A stretch of DNA of 64,000 bases from Candidatus Thermofontivivens primus. Lineage in GTDB: Bacteria > Sysuimicrobiota > Sysuimicrobiia > Sysuimicrobiales > Thermofontiviventaceae. The notes under the pieces were generated by a model. That model was given only the letters and a program-made list of their open reading frames with translations. It was not told the origin of the DNA and searched no databases. Positions 10,710 through 19,870 of the stretch are shown here, piece by piece. Location: the NCBI GenBank assembly GCA_031458695.1, contig JAVKJW010000002.1:32001-96000 (forward strand). The letters run 5' to 3'. The stretch's first letter is position 1. Each line of letters opens with the position of its first letter. The translations under genes and the position numbers were made by a program.

Positions 10710-11627
10710 TTGAACCTGCACCAGCTCAAGATCTTCCATACTGTAGCGAAGCTGGGGAGCTTCTCACGGGCGGCAGAGGAACTGAACATTAGCCAGCCTT
10801 CGGTGAGCATCCAGGTCGCCGATCTGGAACGCTCCTTGGGGGTGGAGCTCTTTGAACAGATTGGTAAACGGATTTGCCTCACCGAGGCAGGGCGCATCCT
10901 TGATGCGTATGCTCGCCGGATCCTGGCCCTGGTGGAAGAAGCCAACGAGGCCATCGAAGAGTTGAAGGACCTCCACAGGGGGCACCTCGCCGTAGGTGCG
11001 AGTACCACTCCAGGAATCTACTTGGTCCCGAGGGCGCTTGGCGAGTTCCGGAAGCGCTACCCTGAGGTTGAGATCCGCTTGGAGGTCGGGTCTCCCCCTC
11101 GCATTCAGCAGTTGCTCCTCTCGAACGATCTGGATCTCGGAGTGATGGCTGGACAGCCTGGAAGCCGCGACCTCGTTGCTGAGCCGTTCCTAGAGGACGA
11201 GCTTGTTGCCGTTGTGCCTCCGCGCCACCGCTTGGCGAGCCAAGGGGTGGTGAGGGCGGAGGATTTCCTCCAGGAGACTGTCTTGCTCCGGGAGAGGGGT
11301 TCGGAGACACGGCAGGTGGTCGATGAAGCCCTGCGCCAGAGGGGGATTCATCTCCCTAAAGTTTTGGAGATGACAAGCCCTGAGGCCATGAAACAGGCCG
11401 CCGCGAGCGGGCTGGGCATCGGTCTCCTATCTAAGTACACGATTCGCCTGGAGGTTTCTGCCGGCTTGCTCGTGGTCCTTCCTATCGCAGATCTCCCTAT
11501 GCGCCGCTCATTCTTCCTCGTGCGACACAGGGACAAGCGGTTGAGCCGTGCAGCCCAGGTTTTCGTCGAGATTCTCAAGGCCATGCACCCTCAAGAGACG
11601 CTCGTAGGCACGCCCGCAACGGAGTGA
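10710..11627 (+). CDS. LysR-family transcriptional regulator (CysL-like), divergent from selD
   Basis: LNLHQLKIF...GSFSRAAEELNISQPSVSIQV..LE..LGVELF HTH, plus GASTT and RERGSETR. The start could alternatively be ATG 10680. Confidence 0.92.
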   Translation: MNLHQLKIFHTVAKLGSFSRAAEELNISQPSVSIQVADLERSLGVELFEQIGKRICLTEAGRILDAYARRILALVEEANEAIEELKDLHRGHLAVGASTTPGIYLVPRALGEFRKRYPEVEIRLEVGSPPRIQQLLLSNDLDLGVMAGQPGSRDLVAEPFLEDELVAVVPPRHRLASQGVVRAEDFLQETVLLRERGSETRQVVDEALRQRGIHLPKVLEMTSPEAMKQAAASGLGIGLLSKYTIRLEVSAGLLVVLPIADLPMRRSFFLVRHRDKRLSRAAQVFVEILKAMHPQETLVGTPATE

Positions 11628-11647
11628 CATGAAGGGAGCTAGATCCC

Positions 11648-12067
11648 ATGAGCTCTCTGGCGTTTGAGGTGTTCGATCACACGGCGGACATCGGGATCAT
11701 CGCCTACGGGAGCGATCTCCCTGAGTTGTTTGCGAACGCCGCCAGGGGGATGTTCTCCCTCCTGCTCGATCTCGACACCGTCGTCCCGCGGGAAGAGCGT
11801 GTTGTGGAGGTCGAAGGGATCGATCTGGAAGGACTCCTAGTCTCCTGGCTCAACGAACTCCTCTACCTGTACACTGCAGAGGGGCTCGCCCTTTCAAGGT
11901 TTGACATCCTGGAACTCAGCAATAGCCGCCTCCGGGCTCGCGTCAGGGGAGAACGTGCAGATCCCTCCCGCCATCACCCTCACCTGGACATCAAGGCAGC
12001 GACCTATCACCAACTGGAGATTAAGGGGAACGATACCTGGCGCGCGCGCATCATCTTCGATATCTGA
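11648..12067 (+). CDS. archease
   Basis: FDHTADIG, LLVSWLNELLY, IKAATYH and C-terminal IIFDI. Confidence 0.92.
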   Translation: MSSLAFEVFDHTADIGIIAYGSDLPELFANAARGMFSLLLDLDTVVPREERVVEVEGIDLEGLLVSWLNELLYLYTAEGLALSRFDILELSNSRLRARVRGERADPSRHHPHLDIKAATYHQLEIKGNDTWRARIIFDI

Positions 12068-12127
12068 GTTGCCCCCAGGAAATCCTTCCTACCGAAATTT
12101 CCCTGTGGCCCGATCACTCGCCACCTC

Positions 12128-13252
12128 TTATCGTTCCTGTTGGACAAGCCGGAGACGTTGTTCTGGGAATATCGGCAGATGCTCCACAGCAACTGTGTAG
12201 AGGAAGATCCCTAGGGCAACGATGCCCGCGGTGATAGCAACCTCCATCCAGCTTGGCAGATAACGTGTCCCTGCAGCTGCCCACATTCCGATGATAGCGA
12301 CGTTGAGCCGGTTGAGCACAACCCCAAGGACGACGAGCGAAGAGGACCACAGCAACCCCCGAACGCTCCGTCTCACGTCGGGGATCGCAAGGAGGAACGC
12401 TGGAAGCACAACGCCGAGGAGCAGTTCAAGCCAATACATCATGCTCTCCACCGTACCTGCGAATACCCAGGTGATGCTTCCTCCGGTCCCCAGAGCGTAT
12501 AGCTTGAGGAGGAGGTAAATTCCCAGAATCACAGGGATCACGGAGGCAAGTTCCCCGAGCAGTTCTCCCTCAGGCTGGCGTCGGTAGGCACGTGCGCTCA
12601 CGAGGGCCTCTAGGATCACCATGGCCGGGGCGACGGCGAGCGCGGAGACAAAGAAGAGGATTGGGAGGAGCGGAGTATACCAAAGCGGGTGGAGCTTCTC
12701 TGGAACGATGAGGAAAAGGGCCCCCAGGGAGGACTGATGAAGAGTAGAGAGGATGACCCCTGCGATGACCAGGGGCACCGTAACCGCTCTGATGATCTTT
12801 CGAGGTCGCTCCATCCGAAGTCTCTCAAACACTGCAGGGCTGAACTCAAGCGCGAGGACCGTGGTGTACAGCATCACGCACCAGGCGACCTCAAACATCA
12901 CTGATCGGGGGTTCCACATGATCATGGGATGCCAGATGCGGTAAGGCCTGCCCAGGTCCACCAGCAGGGCAAGGATGACGAGGATGTACCCGAGGAACGC
13001 CGTGAGGATCGCAGGCCGCAGGAGAGGCTCGAAGCGCTTGAGGTTGAACACGTACACTGCAGCGGCCATGGTGAACCCGCCCGCAGCCAAGGCAACCCCC
13101 ACGAGCACGTCGAACCCAACCCATAGCCCCCAGGGGAAGCGGTCACTGAGGTGGGTCACAGCTCCCAGGCCTCGCGCGAACCTAACCCCGGTGACGGTAG
13201 CGCCAAGAAGGATGAGGGCTAGGAGGATCGCCTTCCCCGGCGTAAGCTTCAT
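12128..13252 (-). CDS. hybB: NrfD/PsrC-family integral membrane subunit (HybB/HmcC-like)
   Basis: PWGLWVGFDV, DLGRPYRIWHP, SVMFEVAWC and STLHQSSLG motifs, with about 10 hydrophobic segments. ATG 13252 overlaps the upstream stop (ATGA). Confidence 0.85.
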   Translation of the reverse strand: MKLTPGKAILLALILLGATVTGVRFARGLGAVTHLSDRFPWGLWVGFDVLVGVALAAGGFTMAAAVYVFNLKRFEPLLRPAILTAFLGYILVILALLVDLGRPYRIWHPMIMWNPRSVMFEVAWCVMLYTTVLALEFSPAVFERLRMERPRKIIRAVTVPLVIAGVILSTLHQSSLGALFLIVPEKLHPLWYTPLLPILFFVSALAVAPAMVILEALVSARAYRRQPEGELLGELASVIPVILGIYLLLKLYALGTGGSITWVFAGTVESMMYWLELLLGVVLPAFLLAIPDVRRSVRGLLWSSSLVVLGVVLNRLNVAIIGMWAAAGTRYLPSWMEVAITAGIVALGIFLYTVAVEHLPIFPEQRLRLVQQER

Positions 13253-14187
13253 GCTGCCTTCCTCCTTTCCACTGCCACCTCGATGCGTTCCACCTCCACT
13301 CGCCTCTGAGACAGCCACTGGACGAAGCTCAGGAAAGCTCCAAGAAGCACAACCAACCCTGGAATCTTGGAGAGACTCTTCCAGGTGAGAGCGGGGAGCG
13401 GCTCCTTAGGAAGGTTAGGAAACCCCAGCTCTTGGAAGGGGACATCGGCGAGGTAGAGCATGGACGTCCCGCCCACCTCGTGTTCTCCGTAGATATAGTT
13501 GAAGTACCGGGCGGGATCTCCCTTGATCCTCTCCCGTGCCTCCCTGAGGAGTTCCTCACGATCTCCGAACTTCAGGGCCTCCGCAGGACAAGCTTCCACG
13601 CAGGCTGGCTTCTTGCCAGCGGCCAGCCTTCCTGCACAGAAGTCACACTTGGTGATGCTGGGAAGCGCCTTTGCCCATTCGAATCTCGGCACACGGAAGG
13701 GGCATGCCATCATGCAGTAGCGACAGCCAATGCAGCGACTTGCATCATAGATGACAGGTCCTTGAGGGGTCTTTCGCAGGGCAGCTACGGGACAGGCCGA
13801 TGCGCAAGCTGGGTCGAGACAATGCATACACTGATACTTGTAGGAGCGCTCCTGGAGTCTTCCTTCCCCCAGGACAAGGTGGGGTTTCGGCTCCGCGATG
13901 GGTCGGAAGAACACGTTGGTCAAGGTGGTCGGGGAGAGATCCCCTGTCTCTTCCGGAGGTAGACCATGTGCCTCCTTGCACGCGGCCACACAGGATTTGC
14001 ACCCGATGCACCGGGCCGTGTCAATGAGGATTGCTTTCTCCCTGACGAGGGGAGCCTTCGCAACTGCACGGCTGGAAAGGACCCCGCCCGCTGTCAAGAG
14101 GATCAAGCCGCCGAGTCCTTTCCTGACGAACTCCCTTCGCGTGATTGCGTGTACACTTCCACCTGTCCTGTGGCGCCGCTGATCCAT
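13249..14187 (-). CDS. hybA: Tat-exported 4x[4Fe-4S] protein with C-terminal membrane anchor (HybA/HmcB-like)
   Basis: TRREF twin-arginine signal; CIGCKSC...C, CMHCLDPACASACP, CIGCRYCMMACP and KCDFC...PACVEACP; YIYGEHEVGGT; C-terminal TM helix. Confidence 0.88.
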   Translation of the reverse strand: MDQRRHRTGGSVHAITRREFVRKGLGGLILLTAGGVLSSRAVAKAPLVREKAILIDTARCIGCKSCVAACKEAHGLPPEETGDLSPTTLTNVFFRPIAEPKPHLVLGEGRLQERSYKYQCMHCLDPACASACPVAALRKTPQGPVIYDASRCIGCRYCMMACPFRVPRFEWAKALPSITKCDFCAGRLAAGKKPACVEACPAEALKFGDREELLREARERIKGDPARYFNYIYGEHEVGGTSMLYLADVPFQELGFPNLPKEPLPALTWKSLSKIPGLVVLLGAFLSFVQWLSQRRVEVERIEVAVERRKAA

Positions 14188-14199
14188 AGACCTCCCCCC

Positions 14200-14529
14200 T
14201 TACCGAACCAGATACCAGTACAGGGCGAGGACAAACCCCGTGAGCCCAAGAACAATGCTCCCCAGGATGCATCCGCCAGTACATTCTGAGAGCCCAGTTT
14301 GAGGAGTAGGGCTGTGGCGGATCTGCCATCGTCCGGCGAGCCCGAAGGCGATCGCCAGTAAGGCCAGCGCGCAGTTCACCCCCGGGATCCAGCAGAGGCG
14401 AAGGGCGGTCAACCCGAGCATGAAACTCGCAGATGCCAAACTGTTCATGGTTGGACCTCGGATGGGGACGATCTCCGCCTCTTTCCTTGCTGTGAATTCC
14501 TCAAGCACATCTCTTGCAACCATGGACAT
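14200..14529 (-). CDS. small membrane protein, DUF4190-like
   Basis: GAGGTGAGG RBS then ATG 14529. Sequence NSLASASFMLG...ALLAIAFGLAG..QI......TG.....GG.ILG has the DUF4190 pattern. Ends 12 nt before hybA. Confidence 0.6.
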   Translation of the reverse strand: MSMVARDVLEEFTARKEAEIVPIRGPTMNSLASASFMLGLTALRLCWIPGVNCALALLAIAFGLAGRWQIRHSPTPQTGLSECTGGCILGSIVLGLTGFVLALYWYLVR

Positions 14530-14832
14530 TTTCCTCACCTCCAGCTCCACCATAACCCCTGGAAGGTGGGCGGACCATTCGGCGGGATCCCGATTTGGGC
14601 TTACCAGAGGACCGATCTTTGGGAAGAAGGGGATGTACACTCCAGAAGGCGAGAGTTCTAGGATAGACTGGTAGGAAACCTCAGGGGAGAAGGTGAAGAT
14701 GCCTTACAAGAAACCTGGTGAGGATACCCCACAAAATGTCCTCAGGAAGACCTACTCAAATGATTCCCGAGGGCACCTGCAAAAGGTTTTCAAACCTCTC
14801 GAAGAATCCCGGCAGAAGATTGCTATGGCCAG

Positions 14833-15480
14833 TTAATCTACAAAGATGAGGCCCTTGCGGATGGCGTACTTGATGAGCTCGGCGGGGCGATGCAAGTTGA
14901 GTTTCTCCATGATGTGAGCGCGGTGTGCCTGGACGGTTTTGACGCTGAGGTGAAGCATCCGGGCGATTTCCGGGTTCGTGTACCCTTCGGCAATGAGCTT
15001 CAGGATCTCTCGCTCTCGGTCCGTGAGACGGTGGTAGCTATCCTCCTCCTCGCCTGCCTCTACACGCTTGAGGTAATCTTCTACCAAGCTCTTGGCCATC
15101 CCGGGGGAGAGATAAACCTCCCCGCGCTCGGCGGCTTCCAACGCAGCGATGAGCTCCTCTGGCCGTGCCTTCTTCAGAACATACCCACATGCCCCTGCTT
15201 GGAGCATCTGGAAGAGGTATTCCTCATTGTCGTGGATGGTCAGGGCCAGGACCTGAACCATAGGAAATTCTTCCTTGATCCGCCTCGTGGCTTCAACTCC
15301 GCCCAACCGCGGCATGGCCACATCCATGATCACAACATCTGGCTTAAGCTGGCGGACTTTCTCGATAGCTTCCAGTCCATCCCCGGCCTCGCCGACAACC
15401 TCAATATGGGGCGCGGACTCTAGGAGGAGCCGGATTCCCTCTCGCACGAGTGTATGGTCATCTACGATCAGAACGCGCAT
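14833..15480 (-). CDS. NarL/NreC-family response regulator (REC + LuxR HTH)
   Basis: VLIVDDH, VIMDVAMP, GYVLK and LTDREREILKLIAEGYTNPEIA..LHLSVKTV. Confidence 0.95.
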   Translation of the reverse strand: MRVLIVDDHTLVREGIRLLLESAPHIEVVGEAGDGLEAIEKVRQLKPDVVIMDVAMPRLGGVEATRRIKEEFPMVQVLALTIHDNEEYLFQMLQAGACGYVLKKARPEELIAALEAAERGEVYLSPGMAKSLVEDYLKRVEAGEEEDSYHRLTDREREILKLIAEGYTNPEIARMLHLSVKTVQAHRAHIMEKLNLHRPAELIKYAIRKGLIFVD

Positions 15481-17362
15481 ACTCCTCCTTCCCCACCGGG
15501 ACTTCTAGGTAGATCTTGGTCCCCCGTCCTGGCTTGGATTCGAGGTGGAACTTGCCGCCGAGCAAGGTCACACGTTCCCGCATCCCTAGAAGGCCAAGGC
15601 TTGGCCTTCCCTTTTGACCCAGCACACTGGCTTCGTCAAATCCTATTCCATCGTCCTGCACCAGGAGGGAGAGCCGGTCCCCGCAAAACTCCAACCGGAT
15701 ATCTACATGTTTTGCCTGCGCATGCCGGGCGATGTTCGTGATGGCTTCCTGAGCGACGCGGAAGATGGCCGTTTCGAGTGCAGACGGCAGTCGGGCCTCT
15801 GAGAGCCCGATCGCGTGGAAGTTCACGGCGACCCCCGCCATCTCGAGGTAGGTCTTGGCATGCCATCGCAGTGCGTGGACAAGGCCGAGGTCGTCCAGGA
15901 TCGAGGGACGGAGTGCATGGATGATCCGCCGCACCTCCTCGAGGGTGGCCTCGGCGACCGCATGCATGGAGGCCAGGCGTCCCCGCATCTCTTCCGGGGC
16001 GTTCTCCATGGCTGCGTTCAGGCTCATCACGAGCCCGCTGAGCGCCTGGGTGACCTCGTCGTGGAGCTCCCTGGCGATGCGCCGTCGCTCGTCCTCCTGG
16101 GCGGTGATGAGCTTGGTGAGGAGCTGTCCACGCACCTCCTCCTTCTCCTTGACCTCCTTAAACAGGCGGAAGTTCTCCATGCAGTAGGCGAGGTGAGTGG
16201 CGATGGCTGTGAACAAAGAGAGATCGGCTTCGCTGAACGGGCAGGAGAGATCCCGGCTGGTGGCCAACGTGCCAAGCAAATCCTCCTTGACCGTGAGGGG
16301 GGCGAGAAGGAGGGCGCGGTCGGGGTAAAGCCCAACCTCTGCACCGGGAAGCATCAGCGGGACCCGGTCCCTGGCGACCAGGTCGACGAGCTGGGAGAGG
16401 AACGGGCTTTGCTGTTCTCCGACCGAGTAGGTCCTATCAAAAGCCCCATCCCGCTTCAGGTACAGGCTACAGGCCTCAGCGTGGAAGACTTCTTTGACGG
16501 CTCCCAGGACTTCATAGATGGCATCCTCAATATCCGTGGCTTCGCTGAGGGTTTTGGTAAAGATGCGCAGGCTCGTGAGCCTCTTGGTGAGCTCTCCCAC
16601 TTCCTGGCTGAGGGCAACGGTAGACCACTGGATGCGCGCGGCCATCTCGTTGAACGCACTGGCCAGGATCCCCAGCTCGTCTGTTGATCGCACAGGCACC
16701 CTTGTAGCGTAGTTCCCTCCGGCGATCTCTCGGACGGCCCGCACGAGGTCAGAGAGGGGATCCAGGACCAACCGCCCGAGGAGGTAAGTGAAAGCCCCGA
16801 TGCCCAGAAGGAAGTTGAATCCGAATAGGACACCGAGCACCTGAGCGCTCCGGGTTACTTGGCCATGAAAAGGGGCCGTTCCCAGGGTGACCCCAATCGC
16901 CCCAAGGATCGCTGGATCCTTGGTGTGGCAGCTCCGGCAGGAAGGTGCGTTGGCAATAGGGGTGAAAATGACCAGCTGGTGCATATCCTTGCGCTCAGTA
17001 GCTGTCGGAGAGCCGGTGGCGATGGACTCCTGGAGGGCAGCCTCGCGAACGACCTGGCCGATTTCTTGCGTTTCCGAAGAAGTCCATACGCGCCCGTCAG
17101 CGGCATAGATGGTAACTTTCTGGATGATCGCCTCGGCCTTGAGGCGGCGGATGATCTCCTGGATCTCCGAGGGGTTGTTGCGGATCATCGTGGTCTCGAG
17201 GCTGTTGAGGATGGTGGCAGAAAGGGTCCTGGCCATGGAAGAGTACTGTTGGTGGGCGGTCTGGCGTTGGAAGAGGGTGAGGGTGTAGACGCTAATCCCG
17301 CCCACCACGATGGTGATGACCACGATCCACAGGAGGATCTTCAGCTGGAGACGCATCGCCAC
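15458..17362 (-). CDS. sensor histidine kinase: extracytoplasmic CxxCH domain, HAMP, GAF, HisKA_3, HATPase
   Basis: Two TM segments flank a domain with CRSCH; HAMP DELGILASAFNEM; ERRRIARELHDEVTQ; QEAITNIARHA, DDGIGF and GLLGMRER. Confidence 0.92.
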   Translation of the reverse strand: MAMRLQLKILLWIVVITIVVGGISVYTLTLFQRQTAHQQYSSMARTLSATILNSLETTMIRNNPSEIQEIIRRLKAEAIIQKVTIYAADGRVWTSSETQEIGQVVREAALQESIATGSPTATERKDMHQLVIFTPIANAPSCRSCHTKDPAILGAIGVTLGTAPFHGQVTRSAQVLGVLFGFNFLLGIGAFTYLLGRLVLDPLSDLVRAVREIAGGNYATRVPVRSTDELGILASAFNEMAARIQWSTVALSQEVGELTKRLTSLRIFTKTLSEATDIEDAIYEVLGAVKEVFHAEACSLYLKRDGAFDRTYSVGEQQSPFLSQLVDLVARDRVPLMLPGAEVGLYPDRALLLAPLTVKEDLLGTLATSRDLSCPFSEADLSLFTAIATHLAYCMENFRLFKEVKEKEEVRGQLLTKLITAQEDERRRIARELHDEVTQALSGLVMSLNAAMENAPEEMRGRLASMHAVAEATLEEVRRIIHALRPSILDDLGLVHALRWHAKTYLEMAGVAVNFHAIGLSEARLPSALETAIFRVAQEAITNIARHAQAKHVDIRLEFCGDRLSLLVQDDGIGFDEASVLGQKGRPSLGLLGMRERVTLLGGKFHLESKPGRGTKIYLEVPVGKEEYARSDRR

Positions 17363-17539
17363 ATAGATTGTAGGTCCAGCGGAGCTTCCCTCCCTATCGG
17401 GCAGTTGCCTGATTTTTTCGCGAAAGATAACCTATGGCACGGAGGCTGGTGATGGTAGGATCGGTGGGTCAGGCCTAGTCCCTTTGGGCCATGCAGACTT
17501 CCACCCGATCTGGCTGCCGTGGTATATTGGAAGTGAACC

Positions 17540-18757
17540 ATGCCGAAGCAGCCGCGGATTTTAGCCTTTGTCCTCGCGGGAGGGAGGGGGGAGCGGCTTT
17601 TCCCCTTAACCCGTGACCGCAGTAAGCCCGCTGTTCCCTTTGGGGGGAAGTACCGGATTATTGACTTTGTTCTCAGCAACCTGTTAAATTCCGGTATTTA
17701 CTCCATCTACGTCCTCGTTCAATATCTCTCCCAGTCGCTTATTGACCACATCCGCCTGGGATGGCGGAGCACGGGGATGGTGGGGGATCATTTCGTTCTC
17801 ATCGTCCCTCCCCAGATGCGCCGGGGGGAAACGTGGTATCGTGGGACAGCAGACGCGATCTACCAGAACCTGAACCTTATCCGAGATTTCAATCCCGACC
17901 TCGTCGCCGTATTCGGGGCCGACCACATCTACCGTATGGACGTCAGTCAGATGGTCGCCTTTCATCTGGAACATGCTGCTCAGGTGACTGTCGCCGCTCT
18001 TCCCGTCCCCCTGGAGGAAGCATCGAACTTTGGGATCCTCACCACAGACCGCCACGGGAGGATCATCGGCTTCGAGGAAAAACCCAAGACCCCTCAACCG
18101 ATCCCAGGCGAACCTTCACGAGCCTACGCCTCTATGGGAAACTACCTGTTCGACCGCCGCACCCTCGTCGAGGCCGTCAGTGAGGATGCCTTGAAGAACA
18201 GCGAGCATGACTTCGGCCGGAACATCATCCCCGACTTAGTCGGACAGGCGGAGGTATATGCCTACGACTTCCTTACCAATGAGGTCCCTGGCCTGCGTCC
18301 GTATGAGGAGCACGGGTACTGGCGGGACGTGGGGACGATCCGGGCGTACTGGCAGGCGCACATGGATCTTCTGGGTCCGGAACCTCTCTTTGACCTGGAT
18401 AACCCCTGTTGGCCGATCTATACCTATGCTTATCCGGGTCCCTCGGCCAGAGTGATGAGTGGGGAGGTTGAGGATTCCCTTTTGGGCGAGGGGACGTTGA
18501 TTCGTGGCGGGAAGGTTCGCCGATCTATTCTAGGCCGTGGGGTACGGGTGGAGGAGGGCGCGGTGGTTGAGGATTCGATTGTCATGGACTTCACCGTCGT
18601 GGACCGGGAGGTACACCTCCGGAGGGTCATCGTGGACCGGTTCAATCACATCGAACCGGGCACCCGCATAGGGCTTGATCCGGAAAGTGACGCGCCGAGA
18701 TATTTCGTGGATGGGAGTGGGATCGTCGTTATCCCCCGCGGGAGGGCGCGGGCATAA
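17540..18757 (+). CDS. glgC: glucose-1-phosphate adenylyltransferase
   Basis: LAGGRGERLFPLT.DRSKPAVPFGGKYRIIDF, GTADAIYQN, DHIYRMD, FEEKP, ASMGNY, HDFG and YWRDVGT. Confidence 0.96.
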   Translation: MPKQPRILAFVLAGGRGERLFPLTRDRSKPAVPFGGKYRIIDFVLSNLLNSGIYSIYVLVQYLSQSLIDHIRLGWRSTGMVGDHFVLIVPPQMRRGETWYRGTADAIYQNLNLIRDFNPDLVAVFGADHIYRMDVSQMVAFHLEHAAQVTVAALPVPLEEASNFGILTTDRHGRIIGFEEKPKTPQPIPGEPSRAYASMGNYLFDRRTLVEAVSEDALKNSEHDFGRNIIPDLVGQAEVYAYDFLTNEVPGLRPYEEHGYWRDVGTIRAYWQAHMDLLGPEPLFDLDNPCWPIYTYAYPGPSARVMSGEVEDSLLGEGTLIRGGKVRRSILGRGVRVEEGAVVEDSIVMDFTVVDREVHLRRVIVDRFNHIEPGTRIGLDPESDAPRYFVDGSGIVVIPRGRARA

Positions 18758-18843
18758 GAAGGTTGGCAGGTGAGCAGGTTCGCAAGTGAGCAGGTTGGAA
18801 GCTTAGTTCGAGCTTGTAACCTTGCAACTTTCTAACCTGCAAC
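18758..18843. repeat. short tandem octamer repeats followed by their inverted complement (hairpin-forming)
   Basis: gaaggttg gcaggtga gcaggttc gcaagtga gcaggttg, then cttgtaac cttgcaac tttctaac ctgcaac. Confidence 0.65.
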
Positions 18844-18855
18844 AGGATAGGCGAG

Positions 18856-19629
18856 ATGAACCGGATGACCTTCGAGGAGACCCCTGTGGAAAAGAAGAGA
18901 CGATACGTGCGGGAGATGTTTGATGCCATCGCCCATCGTTACGATCTTCTCAACCACATCCTCAGTGCAGGCCTGCATCTCCGCTGGAAACGGTTGGCCG
19001 CAGCAGCAAGCCAGGTTCCTCGAGGTGGCCGTGCCCTGGACGTATGCGCGGGCACGGGGGATCTTGCCTTCTTCCTTGCACTGCATGCAGGGCCAGAGGG
19101 CATCGTCGTTGGGGTGGACTTTGCGCCGGAGATGATCCGAATCGCTCGGGAAAGGGCTTCCCACGATCCGCATTCGGAGGCAGTCCGGTTTCTCCAAGGC
19201 GACGCCGAGCGCCTCCCGTTCCTCGATGGTTCCTTCGATGCTGTGACCATCGGGTTCGGGATTCGGAATGTGGCGAATGTAGATCAGGCGCTCCAGGAGA
19301 TGTATCGCGTTTTACGCCCAGGCGGGCGATTGGTCGTCCTTGAGTTCAGCCACCCAAAGCCCCGCCTCGTGCGTTTTCTCTATCATCTTTACTCTTTCAC
19401 CCTGATCCCATGGATCGGGCGCCTCCTCTCTGGGCACCCTGATGCCTACCGCTATCTCCCAACCTCCATTCGGTCCTGGCCGAATCCTGCTGCGTTCAAC
19501 CGTCTCCTCGAAAGGTGTGGGTTCCAGCCCTTGAACTGTCGGCTCCTCTGCACAGGCATCGCCGCCATGCATGTGGCGGTAAAGCCTGATCCCTTCCGTG
19601 TGGAAAGTTCGTTCTCCCCATCCGGGTAA
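18856..19629 (+). CDS. menG: demethylmenaquinone methyltransferase (UbiE/MenG)
   Basis: VREMFDAIA.RYDLLN, LDVCAGTGD, GDAERLPF, FGIRNV, RVLRPGG, LEFS and AYRYLPTSI. Confidence 0.93.
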   Translation: MNRMTFEETPVEKKRRYVREMFDAIAHRYDLLNHILSAGLHLRWKRLAAAASQVPRGGRALDVCAGTGDLAFFLALHAGPEGIVVGVDFAPEMIRIARERASHDPHSEAVRFLQGDAERLPFLDGSFDAVTIGFGIRNVANVDQALQEMYRVLRPGGRLVVLEFSHPKPRLVRFLYHLYSFTLIPWIGRLLSGHPDAYRYLPTSIRSWPNPAAFNRLLERCGFQPLNCRLLCTGIAAMHVAVKPDPFRVESSFSPSG

Positions 19630-19745
19630 ATAGTGTTCCAAGAAGTTCCCCAACCTGTGGCACCCCCATCTCCTCAAAACGAGTTTCAGCATAAAACCCA
19701 TCGTCCACTCCTTGGGTGCCTCTGTCGTCTGTCACAAAAGAGGCC

Positions 19746-19796
19746 TTGACATTCTGAAAACCGTTTTGCTATGTTAAAACCAAGCGAGCATTCGCT
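19746..19796 (+). promoter_or_regulatory. sigma70-type promoter and candidate TetR operator
   Basis: TTGACA (19746) - 18 nt - TATGTT (19770) with an upstream TG. Inverted repeat AGCGA-gcat-TCGCT at 19783-19796 lies over the expected start site. Confidence 0.55.
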
Positions 19797-19870
19797 AGAC
19801 TACATACCTCTCTCCAGACCCCTCATCGCAGCAAAGACTTCCCCACGGAGACGACATCGGTTTGTATTTC

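Noticed and set aside
18758..18843. CRISPR array
   Set aside because: The units are contiguous 8-mers with no unique spacers, and there are no cas genes.
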